DNA of 64,000 nucleotides from an uncultured Gemmatimonadales bacterium (GCA_963748815.1 CAVVKJ010000010.1:64001-128000); one strand, 5' to 3'; shown: positions 10,022-21,494, numbered from the stretch's first letter. A program made the numbers and translations. Notes: generated by a model not told the origin, from the sequence alone.

Positions 10022-12328
10022 CTAGGCCTCCGCTCGGTCGCTGACGACCTCGCGCATCCGGCGCGGGATCGCGTCATCGTACACAGAACGGAGCCGGTCG
10101 ACCGGCCACCGATGGACGCAACCTGGCAGGACGATCGTGAGGTCGCTTCCGGGAGTCCGCACCTCCCCGGCGAGGTACCCCTGCAGGCCATGCCGGGTAA
10201 GCAGCGCCCGGAGGCCGGGCAGGGCGGAGGGGGCCACGCTCAGCACCACCCGCCCATGATCCTCGCCGTAGAGCGCCTGCACATCGGTGAGGCCGGGCGC
10301 ATAGGTCCGCAGGTCCACGATGGCCCCGAAGCCGCGATCGGCGTAGGGGCCGCCGATGGCTGCCTCCGCCAGCGCCACCGCCAGGCCACCCTCGGAACAG
10401 TCATGCGCCGAGCGGACGAGTCGTGCGGCCGCGGCGGCGACGAGGAACTGCTGAAGACGGGCCTCGTGCGCCAGGTCCACCTTCGGGCCGGCGCCGCCGA
10501 CGAAGTCGCACAGTTCCGCCCAGTAGGCCGAGCCGCCGAGGGCGCCGGTGGTGCCGCCGACGAGCACGATGCGATCGCCCGTCGCCCGGAAGTGACTGGG
10601 CACGCGGTCCTCGGCGCGCCGGAGCAGGCCCACCATGCCCACGGTCGGGGTCGGGTCGACGGCGCCGGTGGGGCTCTCGTTGTAGAACGAGACGTTGCCG
10701 CCCGTGACCGGGGTCCCGAAGGCGCGGCAGGCATCGGAGATGCCGCGACAGGCCTCGGTGAACTGGAAGAACACCTCGGGCTTCTCGGGATTGCCGAAGT
10801 TCAGGCAGTCGGTGATGCCGAGCGGCTCGCGCCCCCGTGCACGCGACGTTGCGCGCCGCCTCGGCGACGGTCGCCTTGCCGCCCTCGTAGGGATCGAGCG
10901 CCACCAGCCGGTTGTTGCAGTCCACGCTCACCGCCATGGCGAACGGCTCCGTCCCGACCCGGAAGACCCCCGCGTCGCCCCCAGGGCCCAGCACGGTGGA
11001 GGCCTGTACCGTGGAATCGTACTGCTCGATAGACCCACCGCTTGCTCGCGATCGACGGCGTGTCGAGCAGCGCCTCGAGCGCCTCGGTCGCGTCGACGCG
11101 GGCGGCCCTGGTGGGGCTGGCCTTGCGCCGCGCGGCAGCGGCGGGAGCCTCGCGGGCCTCCGGTGTGTAGATCGGGCAGTCGTCGACGAGGGGCTGACCG
11201 GGAATCTCGGCGACGGTCAGTCCGTTGTGCTTCGACCCGGAAGAGGCCATCGTCGGTCACCCGCCCGATGTCCGTCGCCTCGAGTTCCCATTTCCGGCAG
11301 ACGGCCTGGATGGCGGGCACCTGGTGGGGTTCCGCGACGATCAGCATCCGCTCCTGCGACTCCGAGAGCAGGATCTCGTACGGCGTCATCCCCGCTTCGC
11401 GGGTCGGGACCAGTCCGGTGTCGATCTCGACGCCGACGCCGCCCCGAGCGGCCATTTCGGCGCTGGAGCTGGTGAGCCCCGCCGCGCCCATGTCCTGGAT
11501 GGCCACGATGAGCTTCGAGGTGATCAACTCGAGGCTCGCCTCGAGCAGCAGCTTCTCGGTGAACGGGTCGCCGACCTGCACCTGCGGGCGCCGCGCCTCG
11601 CTCTTCTCGGAGAGCTCCTCGGACGCGAAGCTCGCGCCGTGGATGCCGTCGCGGCCGGTCTTGGCGCCAACGTTGAGCAGCACGTTGCCGACGCCGTGGG
11701 CCCGCGCCGTGGCCAGGTCCGCCTCCCGGAGGATGCCGACGCACATCGCGTTGACGAGCGGATTGCCGGAGTAGCCCGGGCGCGAAGCCGACCTCGCCGC
11801 CGAGCGTCGGCACCCCGATGCAGTTGCCGTAGTCGCCCACGCCCCGCACGACCCCGGCGAAGAGGTAGCGATTGCGCGGCTCGTCAGCGGGCCGAACCGC
11901 AGGCTGTTGAGCACCGCCACCGGGCGGGCGCCCATCGTGAAGACATCGCGGAGAATGCCGCCGACGCCGGTCGCGGCGCCCTGGTACGGCTCCACGGCGG
12001 AGGGGTGGTTGTGCGACTCGATCTTGAAGGCCACCGCCCATCCGTCGGGGAGCCGCAGCACGCCGGCGTTCTCGCCCGGCCCCTGCACGACCTGCGGGCC
12101 GGTGGTGGGGAAGCGCTTGAGGACCGGCTTGGAGTGCTTGTACGAGCAGTGCTCGGACCAGAGCGCGGAGAAGACGCCGAGCTCCGTCAGCGTCGGCTGC
12201 CGGCCGAGCATGGCGACGATGCGGTCGAATTCGGAGTCGGTCAGGTTGTGCTCCCGGACGACTTCCCTGGTCACCGGTCGTTCTCCCGGGAAGGAGGCGG
12301 CGTGGGTGACCGGCACGGCGATGGTCAT
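10022..12328 (-). CDS. purL: FGAM synthase large subunit; about five apparent frameshifts
   Basis: [60 protein letters not shown]. Confidence 0.95.
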
Positions 12329-12654
12329 TTCGACTCCGAGCGGGGCGCGCGAAGGACCTGCGACAGGTCGCGGATGACGCGGCCCAACAGGGTGGGGTCA
12401 TCCTTGGCCATCACGGCGGCAATCTCGTCGGCATCCAGGAAGATGCCCTGGCAGTGCACGCACCGGTCGACCGTCACGCCGTGGAACTCCTCATGCACCA
12501 GGTCGTGCCCGTCCTTGGGACACTTCATGAAGTGCAACTGCCGGGCCGCTTCCTCCGCGGCCGCCTTGGCGCGCTCGCGCTGCGCCTTGAGCAGCTCCGC
12601 CTCTTCCTTGGCGAAATACTCGTCTTCGCTCTTGCTGGGCTTCTGTGGGCTCAT
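12325..12654 (-). CDS. Small zinc-ribbon protein (zf-TFIIB-like)
   Basis: EDEYF helix then MKCPKDG...[12 protein letters not shown]. Confidence 0.8.
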   Translation of the reverse strand: MSPQKPSKSEDEYFAKEEAELLKAQRERAKAAAEEAARQLHFMKCPKDGHDLVHEEFHGVTVDRCVHCQGIFLDADEIAAVMAKDDPTLLGRVIRDLSQVLRAPRSESK

Positions 12655-12668
12655 CGAGGCTGACTCCG

Positions 12669-13361
12669 TCAGGGGGTGGATCGGGCGGCCCGGCCAGGGA
12701 GCCACTCCGCGATGGACTTGAAAAAACCGGCGCCGACATCGCTGCCCGTCAGCGGGTCTGCATACCGTTCGGGGTGCGGCATGAACCCGACGATGGTGCC
12801 CGCCGCGTTGGACACCCCAGCGATGTCAGCGACCGACCCGTTGGGATTCTCTCCTCGCGTGTACCGCAGCACCACGCGCCCCTCGGCCTCGAGCAACCGG
12901 AGGGTATCGTCGTCGGCCACGTAGCAGCCGTCGCCGTGCGCCACCGGAATCCGGATCTCCGTGCCCCGCGTATACGCGGTGGTGCAGAAGGTGTCGGTGC
13001 GCTCCACCCGCACCCACACCGGCCGCGACACGAAGGTCAGTCGGTCGTTCCGGACCAGCGCCCCAGGCAGGAGCTGCGCCTCGCAGAGGATCTGGAACCC
13101 GTTGCAGATGCCGAGCACCGCCCCGCCCCCGGCGGCGTGACGCTGCACCGCCTGCATGACCGGGCTGAACCGGGCAATGGCGCCGGAACGGAGATAGTCG
13201 CCGTAGCTGAAGCCGCCCGGGAGGAGCACCACGTCGGCCTGCTGCAGGTCGGTGTCGCGATGCCACACGAATCGCGCTTCTGCGCCGGCGTTGGCGATGG
13301 CGTGGTAGGCGTCCCAGTCACAGTTGCTGCCGGGGAACCGGACGACCGCGACGCGCAGCAT
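12669..13361 (-). CDS. purQ: FGAM synthase glutaminase subunit
   Basis: FPGSNCD, PGGFSYGDYLR, GICNGFQ, MPHPER. Confidence 0.97.
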   Translation of the reverse strand: MLRVAVVRFPGSNCDWDAYHAIANAGAEARFVWHRDTDLQQADVVLLPGGFSYGDYLRSGAIARFSPVMQAVQRHAAGGGAVLGICNGFQILCEAQLLPGALVRNDRLTFVSRPVWVRVERTDTFCTTAYTRGTEIRIPVAHGDGCYVADDDTLRLLEAEGRVVLRYTRGENPNGSVADIAGVSNAAGTIVGFMPHPERYADPLTGSDVGAGFFKSIAEWLPGRAARSTP

Positions 13362-13609
13362 CAGGCCTCCACCGCCAGGCTGAAGTCTTCCGTGACCGGA
13401 TTGGCCAGCAGCTTTTCGCACATCTGCCGCGCCGATGCCTCCGCGGCCGCGGGACTGGCCGCATCGATGGCGAGCTCGATCGCACGGCCGACGCGCACCT
13501 CGCCGGCGCCCGCAAAGCCGAGGACCGCGAGGGCGTGTTCCACGGCCTGGCCCTGCGGGTCGAGCAGGCCGGCGCGGGGCACGACACGGATGTGAACGCG
13601 ATACGTCAT
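13361..13609 (-). CDS. purS: FGAM synthase small subunit
   Basis: LLDPQGQAV...MCEKLLANPVTE. Confidence 0.95.
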   Translation of the reverse strand: MTYRVHIRVVPRAGLLDPQGQAVEHALAVLGFAGAGEVRVGRAIELAIDAASPAAAEASARQMCEKLLANPVTEDFSLAVEA

Positions 13610-14448
13610 GAGATCGAATCCTCGTCGTGGGTGTGTTCGTGCGGCGCGCGCACATGCAGCGTCTGGGCTTCCACCGTGTCCTCGGCGCGCTCCGAGAGGG
13701 CGATGACGGTGCTCCGGAGGATGCCAAACAGGAGGTAGCCGATGCCGAAGGGAAAGAGGAACCGGGAAGGGGCCAGGATCATGCCGGCCAGGATGCCGAC
13801 CGTCACGAGCGTCCCGATGATCCCCGTGAGGGAGCGGAACCCGATGCGTGGGGTTCGCGGATACTTGACCGTGCTCAGCATCATCGCGGAGAGGGCGAGC
13901 ATCAGGAACGTCAGCCCCTGGCGCTGGAGATCGAGATATTCCGGGAACTTCTGGTACCAGTCGGTCTGGCTGAACGCGAAGTACGTGGCCAGCGTCATGC
14001 CCGCGGCCGGCGAGGGCAGTCCGCTGAACCAGCCCGGCTTGTCCGAACCGGCGGCGGTGATATTGTAGCGCGCCAGCCGGATGGCCGCCGCCGCGACGTA
14101 GAGGAAGCAGATGACCCAGGCGAACCGCCCGGCCTCGGCAAACTCCAGGAAGTACATGATCATCGCCGGCGCGACGCCGAAGGAGATCACGTCGACGAGG
14201 GAATCGAGCTCGGCGCCGAACCGGGTGCCGGTGTGCGACATCCGGGCCAGCCGTCCGTCGAGGATGTCCGCCATGCCGGCAAAGACGATGAACCAGCCTG
14301 CCCACTTGAAATTGCCCTGCGCGGCGGACACGATGGCCCAGATGCCGCAGAACAGGTTGCCGAGCGTGAACGCGCTCGGGATGACGATGATGGCGCGCCG
14401 GATCCCCGGGCGACGCGGCGGCGCATCCGCGGTGTCGTGCGCGCTCAT
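13606..14448 (-). CDS. pssA: CDP-diacylglycerol-serine O-phosphatidyltransferase
   Basis: CDP-alcohol phosphotransferase motif DILDGRLAR...FGAELDSLVD; adjacent to psd. Confidence 0.92.
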   Translation of the reverse strand: MSAHDTADAPPRRPGIRRAIIVIPSAFTLGNLFCGIWAIVSAAQGNFKWAGWFIVFAGMADILDGRLARMSHTGTRFGAELDSLVDVISFGVAPAMIMYFLEFAEAGRFAWVICFLYVAAAAIRLARYNITAAGSDKPGWFSGLPSPAAGMTLATYFAFSQTDWYQKFPEYLDLQRQGLTFLMLALSAMMLSTVKYPRTPRIGFRSLTGIIGTLVTVGILAGMILAPSRFLFPFGIGYLLFGILRSTVIALSERAEDTVEAQTLHVRAPHEHTHDEDSIS

Positions 14449-15071
14449 GGCCACTCCCCGATGATGGAGACGCCCGCCACCGTCCGCTCCCCCTCCGCGA
14501 CCTTCACCGCGACGCCGGTCGGCAGGAAGACATCCACCCGCGACCCGAACCGGATCAGCCCCATGCGCTCCCCCTGCCGGACGGCGGTGCCCTCGGCGTG
14601 GTCGGTGATGATCCGCCGCGCGATCAGCCCGGCGATTTGCCGCACCAGCACCTTCCCGCGCGCCGCGACGATGCCGACCGACGACTGCTCGTTTTCCAGC
14701 GACGCCTTTTCCGCCGCGGCGTTCACGAACGCGCCCGGCGAATACTTGCGGTAGGTGATCGCGCCGTCCACCGGATACCGGTTCACGTGCACGTTGAACA
14801 CGTTCATGAAGATCGAGACTCGCTGGACCTCGCCGCCGTGATAGTCCGGCTCGTCGATGCGGCGGACGCTCACCACGAGGCCGTCGGCGGGGGCGATGAT
14901 CAGCCGTTCGCCCCGCGGTCCGTTACGGACCGGGTCCCGAAAGAAGGCAATGACCCAGATGGCGACGGGCAGCCAGACCAGGGCGGCGGTGTAGTAGCCG
15001 AAGAGCACGCACCCCAGCTCCATGAGCCAGAAGGCCCCGATGAACGGCCAGCCCTCGCGGGCGATGCGCAT
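14445..15071 (-). CDS. psd: Phosphatidylserine decarboxylase proenzyme
   Basis: FFRDP, APADG, SIFMNVFNVHVNR, FGSRVD self-cleavage site. Confidence 0.93.
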   Translation of the reverse strand: MRIAREGWPFIGAFWLMELGCVLFGYYTAALVWLPVAIWVIAFFRDPVRNGPRGERLIIAPADGLVVSVRRIDEPDYHGGEVQRVSIFMNVFNVHVNRYPVDGAITYRKYSPGAFVNAAAEKASLENEQSSVGIVAARGKVLVRQIAGLIARRIITDHAEGTAVRQGERMGLIRFGSRVDVFLPTGVAVKVAEGERTVAGVSIIGEWP

Positions 15072-15991
15072 CAGCCGTCCTCGGGCAGTGGATGCCCGGT
15101 CAGGCGCCGGTAGGCGTCGACGTAGCGCGCGCTGGTCGTGTCGAGCACGTCCTGCGGAAGCGTCGGCGGCGGCGCCTCCCCGTTCCAGCTCCCCTTCGCC
15201 TTCAACGCCGCGAGGTAGTCGCGGAGCGGCTGCTTGTCGAAGCTCGGTTGGCCGCGCCCCGGCTCGTAGCGGTCCGCCGGCCAGAACCGCGAGGAGTCGG
15301 GCGTGAGGACCTCGTCGATCAGGCGGAGCGTGCCGTCGGCGTCGCGCCCGAACTCGAACTTCGTGTCGGCGATGATGATTCCCCGGTCGGCGGCATGCGC
15401 CCGGCCGGCCTCGTAGATGCGAAAGCTGGCCTCGCGGAGCGCCTCGGCCTCCGCCGTGCCGAGTGCCTTCGCCATGGTGTCGAACGTCACGTTCTCGTCG
15501 TGCCCCGTTTCCGCCTTGGTGGCGGGGCTGAAGATCGGCGGGTCGAGGCGGTCGCTCTCCACCAGTCCGGGTGTGAGCGGCTCGCCGGCCAGGGTGCCGG
15601 TCTTCCGGTATTCCGCCCACGCCGAGCCGGTGATGTAGCCGCGCACCACGCACTCGAACGGCACCGGGTCGGTGCGCCGGACCAGCATCGTGCGCCCCCG
15701 GAGGGCGGCGCGGTGCGGCGCGAGGTCGGGATAGCGCTCGATGATTTCGGTCGCGCTCGCCGAGATGAAGTGGGACGGGAAGACGCCGGCCAGCTTGTCG
15801 AACCAGAACGCGCTGACCTGGGTGAGGACCCGACCCTTTTCGGCAATCGGCTCGTTCATCACCACGTCGAAGGCGCTGATCCGGTCGCTCGCCACCAGCA
15901 GGAGTTCGTCGGGGCCGACCTCGTAGACTTCGCGGACCTTCCCCGCGCGAAGCAAGGGAAGCGGAAGCGTGCTTCGGAACATGACGGTCAT
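15071..15991 (-). CDS. purC: SAICAR synthase
   Basis: [35 protein letters not shown]. Confidence 0.97.
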   Translation of the reverse strand: MTVMFRSTLPLPLLRAGKVREVYEVGPDELLLVASDRISAFDVVMNEPIAEKGRVLTQVSAFWFDKLAGVFPSHFISASATEIIERYPDLAPHRAALRGRTMLVRRTDPVPFECVVRGYITGSAWAEYRKTGTLAGEPLTPGLVESDRLDPPIFSPATKAETGHDENVTFDTMAKALGTAEAEALREASFRIYEAGRAHAADRGIIIADTKFEFGRDADGTLRLIDEVLTPDSSRFWPADRYEPGRGQPSFDKQPLRDYLAALKAKGSWNGEAPPPTLPQDVLDTTSARYVDAYRRLTGHPLPEDG

Positions 15992-17427
15992 ACCCGCACC
16001 TCGGCAGCGTCTGGAGTCACGGCCAGCGGGCGCGCCCGCGCGACCAATGGTTTGGCGTATTCCTCGAGAAACTCGGCGACCTGCTCGCGAGCCCGACCGG
16101 TGTAGCGGGACGGTTCGAGCTCCGCCTTGAGCGCCCCCGCCGGGATGCCGGCGAACGCGGGGTCGGCGGCGAGGCGATCCATGAGCTCGTTCGGCTCGCC
16201 CCTGGCGACCTCGGCGGCCACCGCCATGCTGTGTCGGCGCACCACCTCGTGCAGCGCCTGCCGGTCGCCGCCGGCCGAGACGCCGAGCATCAGCCACCGT
16301 TCGGTGGCCATGAACGGCATCTGGGTCGCCACGTGGCGGCGGATGACCTCGGGCCGCACCTCGATCCCGCCGGCGATGTTCGCGACCAGGATGAGGATCG
16401 CGTCCGTCGCCAGGAACGCCTCCGGCAGGGTCAGGCGCCGGTTGGCGCTGTCGTCGAGGGTCCGCTCCAGCCACTGGCTCGCCGCGGTCTGCGCCGTGTT
16501 GGCCTGCAGCGACATGACGAATCGGGCGAGCCCGTTGATCCGCTCGGCCCGCATGGGATTGCGCTTGTATGCCATCGCGCTGGAACCGATCTGCTCCGAC
16601 TCGAACGGTTCCAGCAGTTCTCCCTCGTGCTGCAGCAGGCGGAGGTCGCCCGCCATCTTGGAGGCCGACTGCGCCACCCCGGACAGGACGTCGAGCACGG
16701 TGCTGTCGGCCTTCCGGGTGTAGGTCTGCCCCGTCACCGCCCAGGTGCGCTCGAAGCCGAGGCGCCCGGCCACCAGGCGGTCGAGTTCGCGGACCTTGGC
16801 GTGATCGCCCCGGAAGAGCTCCAGGAACGAGGCCTGCGTGCCGGTGGTCCCCTTGCAGCCCCGGAGCCGCATCCCCTCGATGCGGTGGCAGAGGTCCTCG
16901 ATGTCGGCGCCGAAGTCCTGCATCCAGAGGGTGGCCCGCTTGCCGACCGTGGTGAGCTGTGCGGGCTGGAAGTGGGTGTAGGCCAGGCACGGCTCCGCGG
17001 CGTTCGACTTCGCGAACGCGCCGAGGGCGTCCAGCACGGAGAGCAGGCGGCCCAGCACCAGGCGGAGGCCCTCGCGCATCACGAGGAGGTCGGCGTTGTC
17101 GGTCACGAAGGCGCTGGTCGCGCCGAGATGCAGGAAGGGGCGCGCGGCCGGGGCCTGGTCGCCGAAATGGTGCACGTGCGCCATCACGTCGTGCCGGAAG
17201 CGGCGTTCGTATTCGGCCGCGGTGACGAGGTCGGCGTCGTCGAGATGGGCGCGCATTTCCGCGAGCGCCGCCTCGGGGATGTCGAGCCCGAGTTCACGCT
17301 CCGATTCGGCGAGGGCGAGCCAGACGCGACGCCAGAGCCCGATGCGGCGGGGCTCGCCCCAGAGCCGCTGCATCGCGGGCGAGGCGTAGCGGGAGCCGAG
17401 CGGGGAGCGCCAGCGGTCGTCGGTCAT
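15988..17427 (-). CDS. purB: Adenylosuccinate lyase
   Basis: [25 protein letters not shown] signature. Confidence 0.97.
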   Translation of the reverse strand: MTDDRWRSPLGSRYASPAMQRLWGEPRRIGLWRRVWLALAESERELGLDIPEAALAEMRAHLDDADLVTAAEYERRFRHDVMAHVHHFGDQAPAARPFLHLGATSAFVTDNADLLVMREGLRLVLGRLLSVLDALGAFAKSNAAEPCLAYTHFQPAQLTTVGKRATLWMQDFGADIEDLCHRIEGMRLRGCKGTTGTQASFLELFRGDHAKVRELDRLVAGRLGFERTWAVTGQTYTRKADSTVLDVLSGVAQSASKMAGDLRLLQHEGELLEPFESEQIGSSAMAYKRNPMRAERINGLARFVMSLQANTAQTAASQWLERTLDDSANRRLTLPEAFLATDAILILVANIAGGIEVRPEVIRRHVATQMPFMATERWLMLGVSAGGDRQALHEVVRRHSMAVAAEVARGEPNELMDRLAADPAFAGIPAGALKAELEPSRYTGRAREQVAEFLEEYAKPLVARARPLAVTPDAAEVRV

Positions 17428-18832
17428 CGGTACACCAGGTCCGTGTAGGCGGTTTGTCCGCTTCGCTCGACCCAGATCCGAAAGGCCTCGCCGGCGCGGA
17501 GGTCGTCGAGAAAGACGCTGAGATCGTCGGCGCTCGCGACGCGGCGACGGTCAAGGCCGACGATGACGTCCCCCTCGCGAAGGCCGGTCGCCTCGGCGGT
17601 CCGGGGCGCGATGCTGACGACGAGGGCGCCCTGGTCGCTCTGGATGCCGCGCTCGGCACGAATGGCCGGCGTGACGGTCACCAGCTGCAGCCCCTGCAGC
17701 ACGGTCACCCGCGCCGCCGTGCGGGTCGGAAGGTCGCTGGCGACGAGGCGCCGGGTGGCGCTGACGTTGCCCCGACGGGTGACGAGGACGATCGTGTCGC
17801 CCACGCCGAGGTCGAGCTTGACCGATTCCCAGTCGAGATGGTTGTGGAGGGTCCGGCCGTTCGCCGACACGAGCACGTCCTGCCGCTGGATGCCCGCCCG
17901 CGCCGCCGGGCCGCCCGGGGCGACGCTCAGCACCACGAGGCCGTTGGAGGCGCGCCAGTCCTCGAAGTTCCGCGGCGGCGTTCACGTCGAGCCCGGTCCA
18001 GGCGCGCCGGATGGTGCCGGCGGTGAGGAGCAGGTCGGCCACGCGGAGCGCCCGCTCGATGGGAATGGCGAAGCCCGAGCCCGATCGAACCGCCGCTGTT
18101 CGAGAGGATGGACGAGTTGACCCCCACCACCTGGCCGAGCGCGTTGGCCAGCGGCCCGCCGGAGTTGCCGGGATTGATGGCGGCGTCGGTCTGGATCATG
18201 TCGAGGTAGAGGCCGGCCTGTCCCTCCGAGGGAAGGATGTTCCGCCCGGTGGCGCTGACGACACCGGCGGTCACCGTCGGCTCGGTGTTGCCGAGGTAGT
18301 CCGCGTACGGATTGCCGAGTGCCACGACCCATTCCCCGACCATGAGCTCGCTGCTCTTGCCGAGCGGCACGGTCGGGAGCCCGCGCCCGGTCACCTGGAT
18401 GACGGCAATATCCGCCACCGGGTCGGAGCCGACCAGGGTGGCGGGGAGCTGGGTGCCGTCGGCGAGGGTGACGGTGATCTGTTCCGCGCCGGCCACCACA
18501 TGATGGTTGGTGAGGATGACGCCGTTGCTGCGGATGAGGAAGCCGGTGCCGGATCCCCGCACCAATTGCGAGGCGTAGCGCGGGACGAACATGTCGGCCC
18601 AGGAGGAGCGCACGGCCACCTGCTGACGCGCCGCGACGCTGATCGAGACGACGGCGGGGGCGAGACGCTCCACGGCGCTGACGATGGCGGTGCGCCGGCT
18701 GGTGTCGAGCGTGGTCTGGGCCGGGAGGGCAGGGGCGACGGCCGCCAGCAACAGTCCGCCGACCGCGCCCGCCCGGACGCCGTCGAGCGCGCGGCGGAGG
18801 ACGGGTCGTGCGGCGTTGTGGCGAGACGTCAT
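17424..18832 (-). CDS. HtrA/DegP-family serine protease with PDZ domains; frameshifts near 17980 and 18075
   Basis: GSGTGF, TNHHVV, IQTDAAINPGNSGG; C-terminal PDZ-like segments. Confidence 0.9.
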
Positions 18833-19614
18833 GCGGCATCCCCGGGGTGGTCGGCGAATGCCTCCGCCGGATACTCGGCGGAGACGAAATAGAGTCCTTC
18901 CGGCGGGGCCGGAGGGCTGGTGTCGGCGTTCTCGTCCCGCGTCAGCTGGCTGGCCACGTCTTCGACCGGTCGGCGCCCGAGCCCGACGTCCACCATCGTT
19001 CCGACCAGCATCCGGACCATGTGGTGGAGAAACCGGTCGGCGGCGACGTGAAAGGTGAATCCCCGACCGGCCTCCCGGTCCCGCCACTCCGCACGGCGCA
19101 GCGTGCACAGGTAGTGCGGCTTCGGCTCGCCCTTCACCGCAAAGGCCCGAAAGCTGTGTTGGCCGAGCAGCGGTGCGGCCGCCGCTCGCAGTCGCTCGCC
19201 GTCGAGATCGCGGCCGAGCGCCCATTCGTACGGCCGGCGGAACGGCGACATCGAGGCGGCATCCACGCCGATCTCGTACCGGTACTCCCGCCCCAGGGCA
19301 CTCTTCCGGGCGTGGAACCCCGGCCTGGCCAGGCGGACCCGCTCAATCCAGCAGTCGCGGGGGAGGAGCGCGTTCATGGCGCGATGAACCGCCTCGGGCT
19401 CCCACTTGGCCGCGAGTGTGAAGCTGACCCCCATCCCCTGAGAGTGCACGCCGGCGTCGGTTCGGCCCGCGCCGTGAGCGACGACGCGTCGCCCTTCGAG
19501 CCGCTCCAGCACCCCCTCCACCTCGGCCTGAACCGTCCGGCCGGAGGCCTGCCGTTGCCAGCCGAGAAAGCGGCCGCCATCGAAGTGCAACACGGCGAGA
19601 AAAGTCCGGCTCAT
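18829..19614 (-). CDS. truA: tRNA pseudouridine(38-40) synthase
   Basis: GWQRQ, GAGRTDAGVHS, FHAR, FLHHMVR. Confidence 0.97.
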   Translation of the reverse strand: MSRTFLAVLHFDGGRFLGWQRQASGRTVQAEVEGVLERLEGRRVVAHGAGRTDAGVHSQGMGVSFTLAAKWEPEAVHRAMNALLPRDCWIERVRLARPGFHARKSALGREYRYEIGVDAASMSPFRRPYEWALGRDLDGERLRAAAAPLLGQHSFRAFAVKGEPKPHYLCTLRRAEWRDREAGRGFTFHVAADRFLHHMVRMLVGTMVDVGLGRRPVEDVASQLTRDENADTSPPAPPEGLYFVSAEYPAEAFADHPGDAA

Positions 19615-19622
19615 CGGGGCGA

Positions 19623-19652
19623 AATCTAGCCGGTTTGTGGGGCCTCCGGCAA
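19623..19652 (-). promoter_or_regulatory. Putative promoter of the truA-pur operon, possibly leaderless
   Basis: Minus strand TTGCCG, 18 nt, TAGATT, 8 nt, ATG; no Shine-Dalgarno. Confidence 0.5.
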
Positions 19653-19674
19653 GACGCGCAAATGCTTGTCAGAA

Positions 19675-19704
19675 TTGACAAAAGGCCTCGTTGACCGCTA
19701 CCAT
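19675..19704 (+). promoter_or_regulatory. Putative sigma70 promoter of trpD
   Basis: TTGACA, 18 nt, TACCAT. Confidence 0.6.
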
Positions 19705-19765
19705 TTTCTTGCGCACGTGCGGCCTTCTCGGGGTCGCCGGATTTTCCCCAGATCCCGCCCCCAAC

Positions 19766-20821
19766 GTGACCCCAGCCGCGCCACCCCTCGCCGAGGCACT
19801 CCGCCTTCTTTCCGAAGGCCGTTCCCTCACCGCCATGCAGGCATCGGCCGCGTTTGCGGTGCTGGTCGCCGGTGCGGCCCCCGAAACCGATGCGGCGGCG
19901 CTGCTGCTGGGCTTGAAGGCCAAGGGGGAGACGGCCGACGAAATCGCCGGCGCGGCGAGGATTCTCCGCGAGGCGATGGTCCCAGTGGTTCTGCCCGACT
20001 GCGACGCGCTCGTGGACACCTGCGGCACCGGTGGTGGGGAGGTCGGCACGCTCAACCTCTCCACGGCCGCGGCCCTGCTCGCCGTCGGGGCGGGGGTGCG
20101 CGTCGCGAAGCACGGCAACCGGAGTCACACCTCCCGTTCGGGGTCGGCCGATGTCCTCGAGGCGCTCGGGATCCAGGTCGACCGCTCCCCGGAGGAGGCG
20201 TCGAAGGCGCTCTCGGACTCCGGTTTCACCTTCATGTATGCGCCGAGGTACCACCCCGCCATGCGGCACGTCGCGCCGGTCCGCCGCCGGCTGGGGGTGT
20301 CGACGATGATGAACCTTCTGGGGCCGCTGGCCAACCCGGCGCGGGTGGGGCGCCAGGTGGTGGGCGCCGCGGAACGCCGGGTGGCGGCGCTGCTCGCGGA
20401 GGCGTTTGTGCGCCTTGGCACTTGGCACACCATGGTGGTGCACGCCGAGGTGGGCATGGACGAAATCAGTCCCTTCGGCGCGACCGATGTCTGGGAGGTC
20501 AGGGAGGGGACGGTGCGGGAATGGCGGATCGAGCCGGGCGATTACGGTTTGCAGGTGGAGGACCTGGCGTCACTGGCGGGGGGAGCACCCGACGAGAACG
20601 CCGAGCGGATCGAACGGCTGCTGGACGGGGGCGACGGCGACGAGGCCGCCCGCGCTGCGCTGGTGCTGAACGCCGCGGCCGCACTCTACGTTGCCGGAAT
20701 GGAGCGGAACTACGCCAGCGCGGTCAGGCGCGCGACTGAGGCGCTCGCTGGGGGCGCGGGACGAGAGGCGCTGGCGCGGGTGCGCGCCACTTCGCCGCTC
20801 GGCGGCGCGGGGGCCGCCTAG
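19766..20821 (+). CDS. trpD: Anthranilate phosphoribosyltransferase
   Basis: DTCGTGG, NLST, KHGNRS, GSAD, GMDE; GTG start approximate. Confidence 0.96.
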   Translation: MTPAAPPLAEALRLLSEGRSLTAMQASAAFAVLVAGAAPETDAAALLLGLKAKGETADEIAGAARILREAMVPVVLPDCDALVDTCGTGGGEVGTLNLSTAAALLAVGAGVRVAKHGNRSHTSRSGSADVLEALGIQVDRSPEEASKALSDSGFTFMYAPRYHPAMRHVAPVRRRLGVSTMMNLLGPLANPARVGRQVVGAAERRVAALLAEAFVRLGTWHTMVVHAEVGMDEISPFGATDVWEVREGTVREWRIEPGDYGLQVEDLASLAGGAPDENAERIERLLDGGDGDEAARAALVLNAAAALYVAGMERNYASAVRRATEALAGGAGREALARVRATSPLGGAGAA

Positions 20822-21426
20822 TACTTCCGGATGACCCCGACGACCACGCCCTGGATGAGCACGTCGCGCTCCTGGAAGCGCATGGGCGCCATCGTGGCGT
20901 TGGCCGGCTGCAGCCGGATCCAGCCGCCCGCTTCACGGTAGAACTTCTTGACGGTGGCCTCCGCCCCGTTGATCAGGGCGATGACCATCTCGCCGTTCTC
21001 CGCGGACTGCTTGCCGTGCACCACGACGAAGTCGCCGTCGATGATGTGCGCCTCGACCATCGAGTCGCCTCGCACCTGGAGCGCGTAGTTGGGGCCGCGG
21101 GCGGGGAGCATTTCGTTGGGCACCGCGAGCGTCTCGCTGTGCATGACCGCCTCGATCGGCGTGCCGGCCGCGACCCGGCCGAGGACGGGGATTTCGGTGG
21201 CGACGGCTGTGCCCTTGGGCGGCAGCACCTCGATGGACCGGCTCTCGTTGTACGACCGGCGGATGTAGCCCTTCCGCTCGAGGTTGGTCAGGTGCTCGTG
21301 CACCGTGGCGAGGGACTGGAATCCGAAGTGCTCGGCGATTTCCTCGAAGCTCGGCGCGTACCCGTTGTCCCCGATCTGGGATTGCAGGTAGTTGAGGATA
21401 TCGCTTTGTCGGCGGGTGAGCGGCAT
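20818..21426 (-). CDS. lexA: SOS repressor LexA
   Basis: LTRRQ...PSFEEIA HTH, VAAG cleavage site, GDSM (Ser), TVKK (Lys); RBS GGAGG. Confidence 0.97.
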   Translation of the reverse strand: MPLTRRQSDILNYLQSQIGDNGYAPSFEEIAEHFGFQSLATVHEHLTNLERKGYIRRSYNESRSIEVLPPKGTAVATEIPVLGRVAAGTPIEAVMHSETLAVPNEMLPARGPNYALQVRGDSMVEAHIIDGDFVVVHGKQSAENGEMVIALINGAEATVKKFYREAGGWIRLQPANATMAPMRFQERDVLIQGVVVGVIRKY

Positions 21427-21447
21427 GACCGTCCTCCGAGCAGGTGA

Positions 21448-21494
21448 CCGAAGAGAGCCCGAATCAAGCTACCCGAACACGAACCGAAGGTCAA
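21448..21494 (-). promoter_or_regulatory. lexA promoter with two candidate LexA operators (TTCGG-N6-TTCGG)
   Basis: Minus strand TTGACC (21494-21489), 17 nt, TAGCTT (21471-21466); CCGAA at 21448/21459 and 21473/21484. Confidence 0.7.

Noticed and set aside
19705..19765. trp attenuator or T-box before trpD
   Set aside because: No Trp-codon leader ORF, T-box motif or terminator/antiterminator pair seen.
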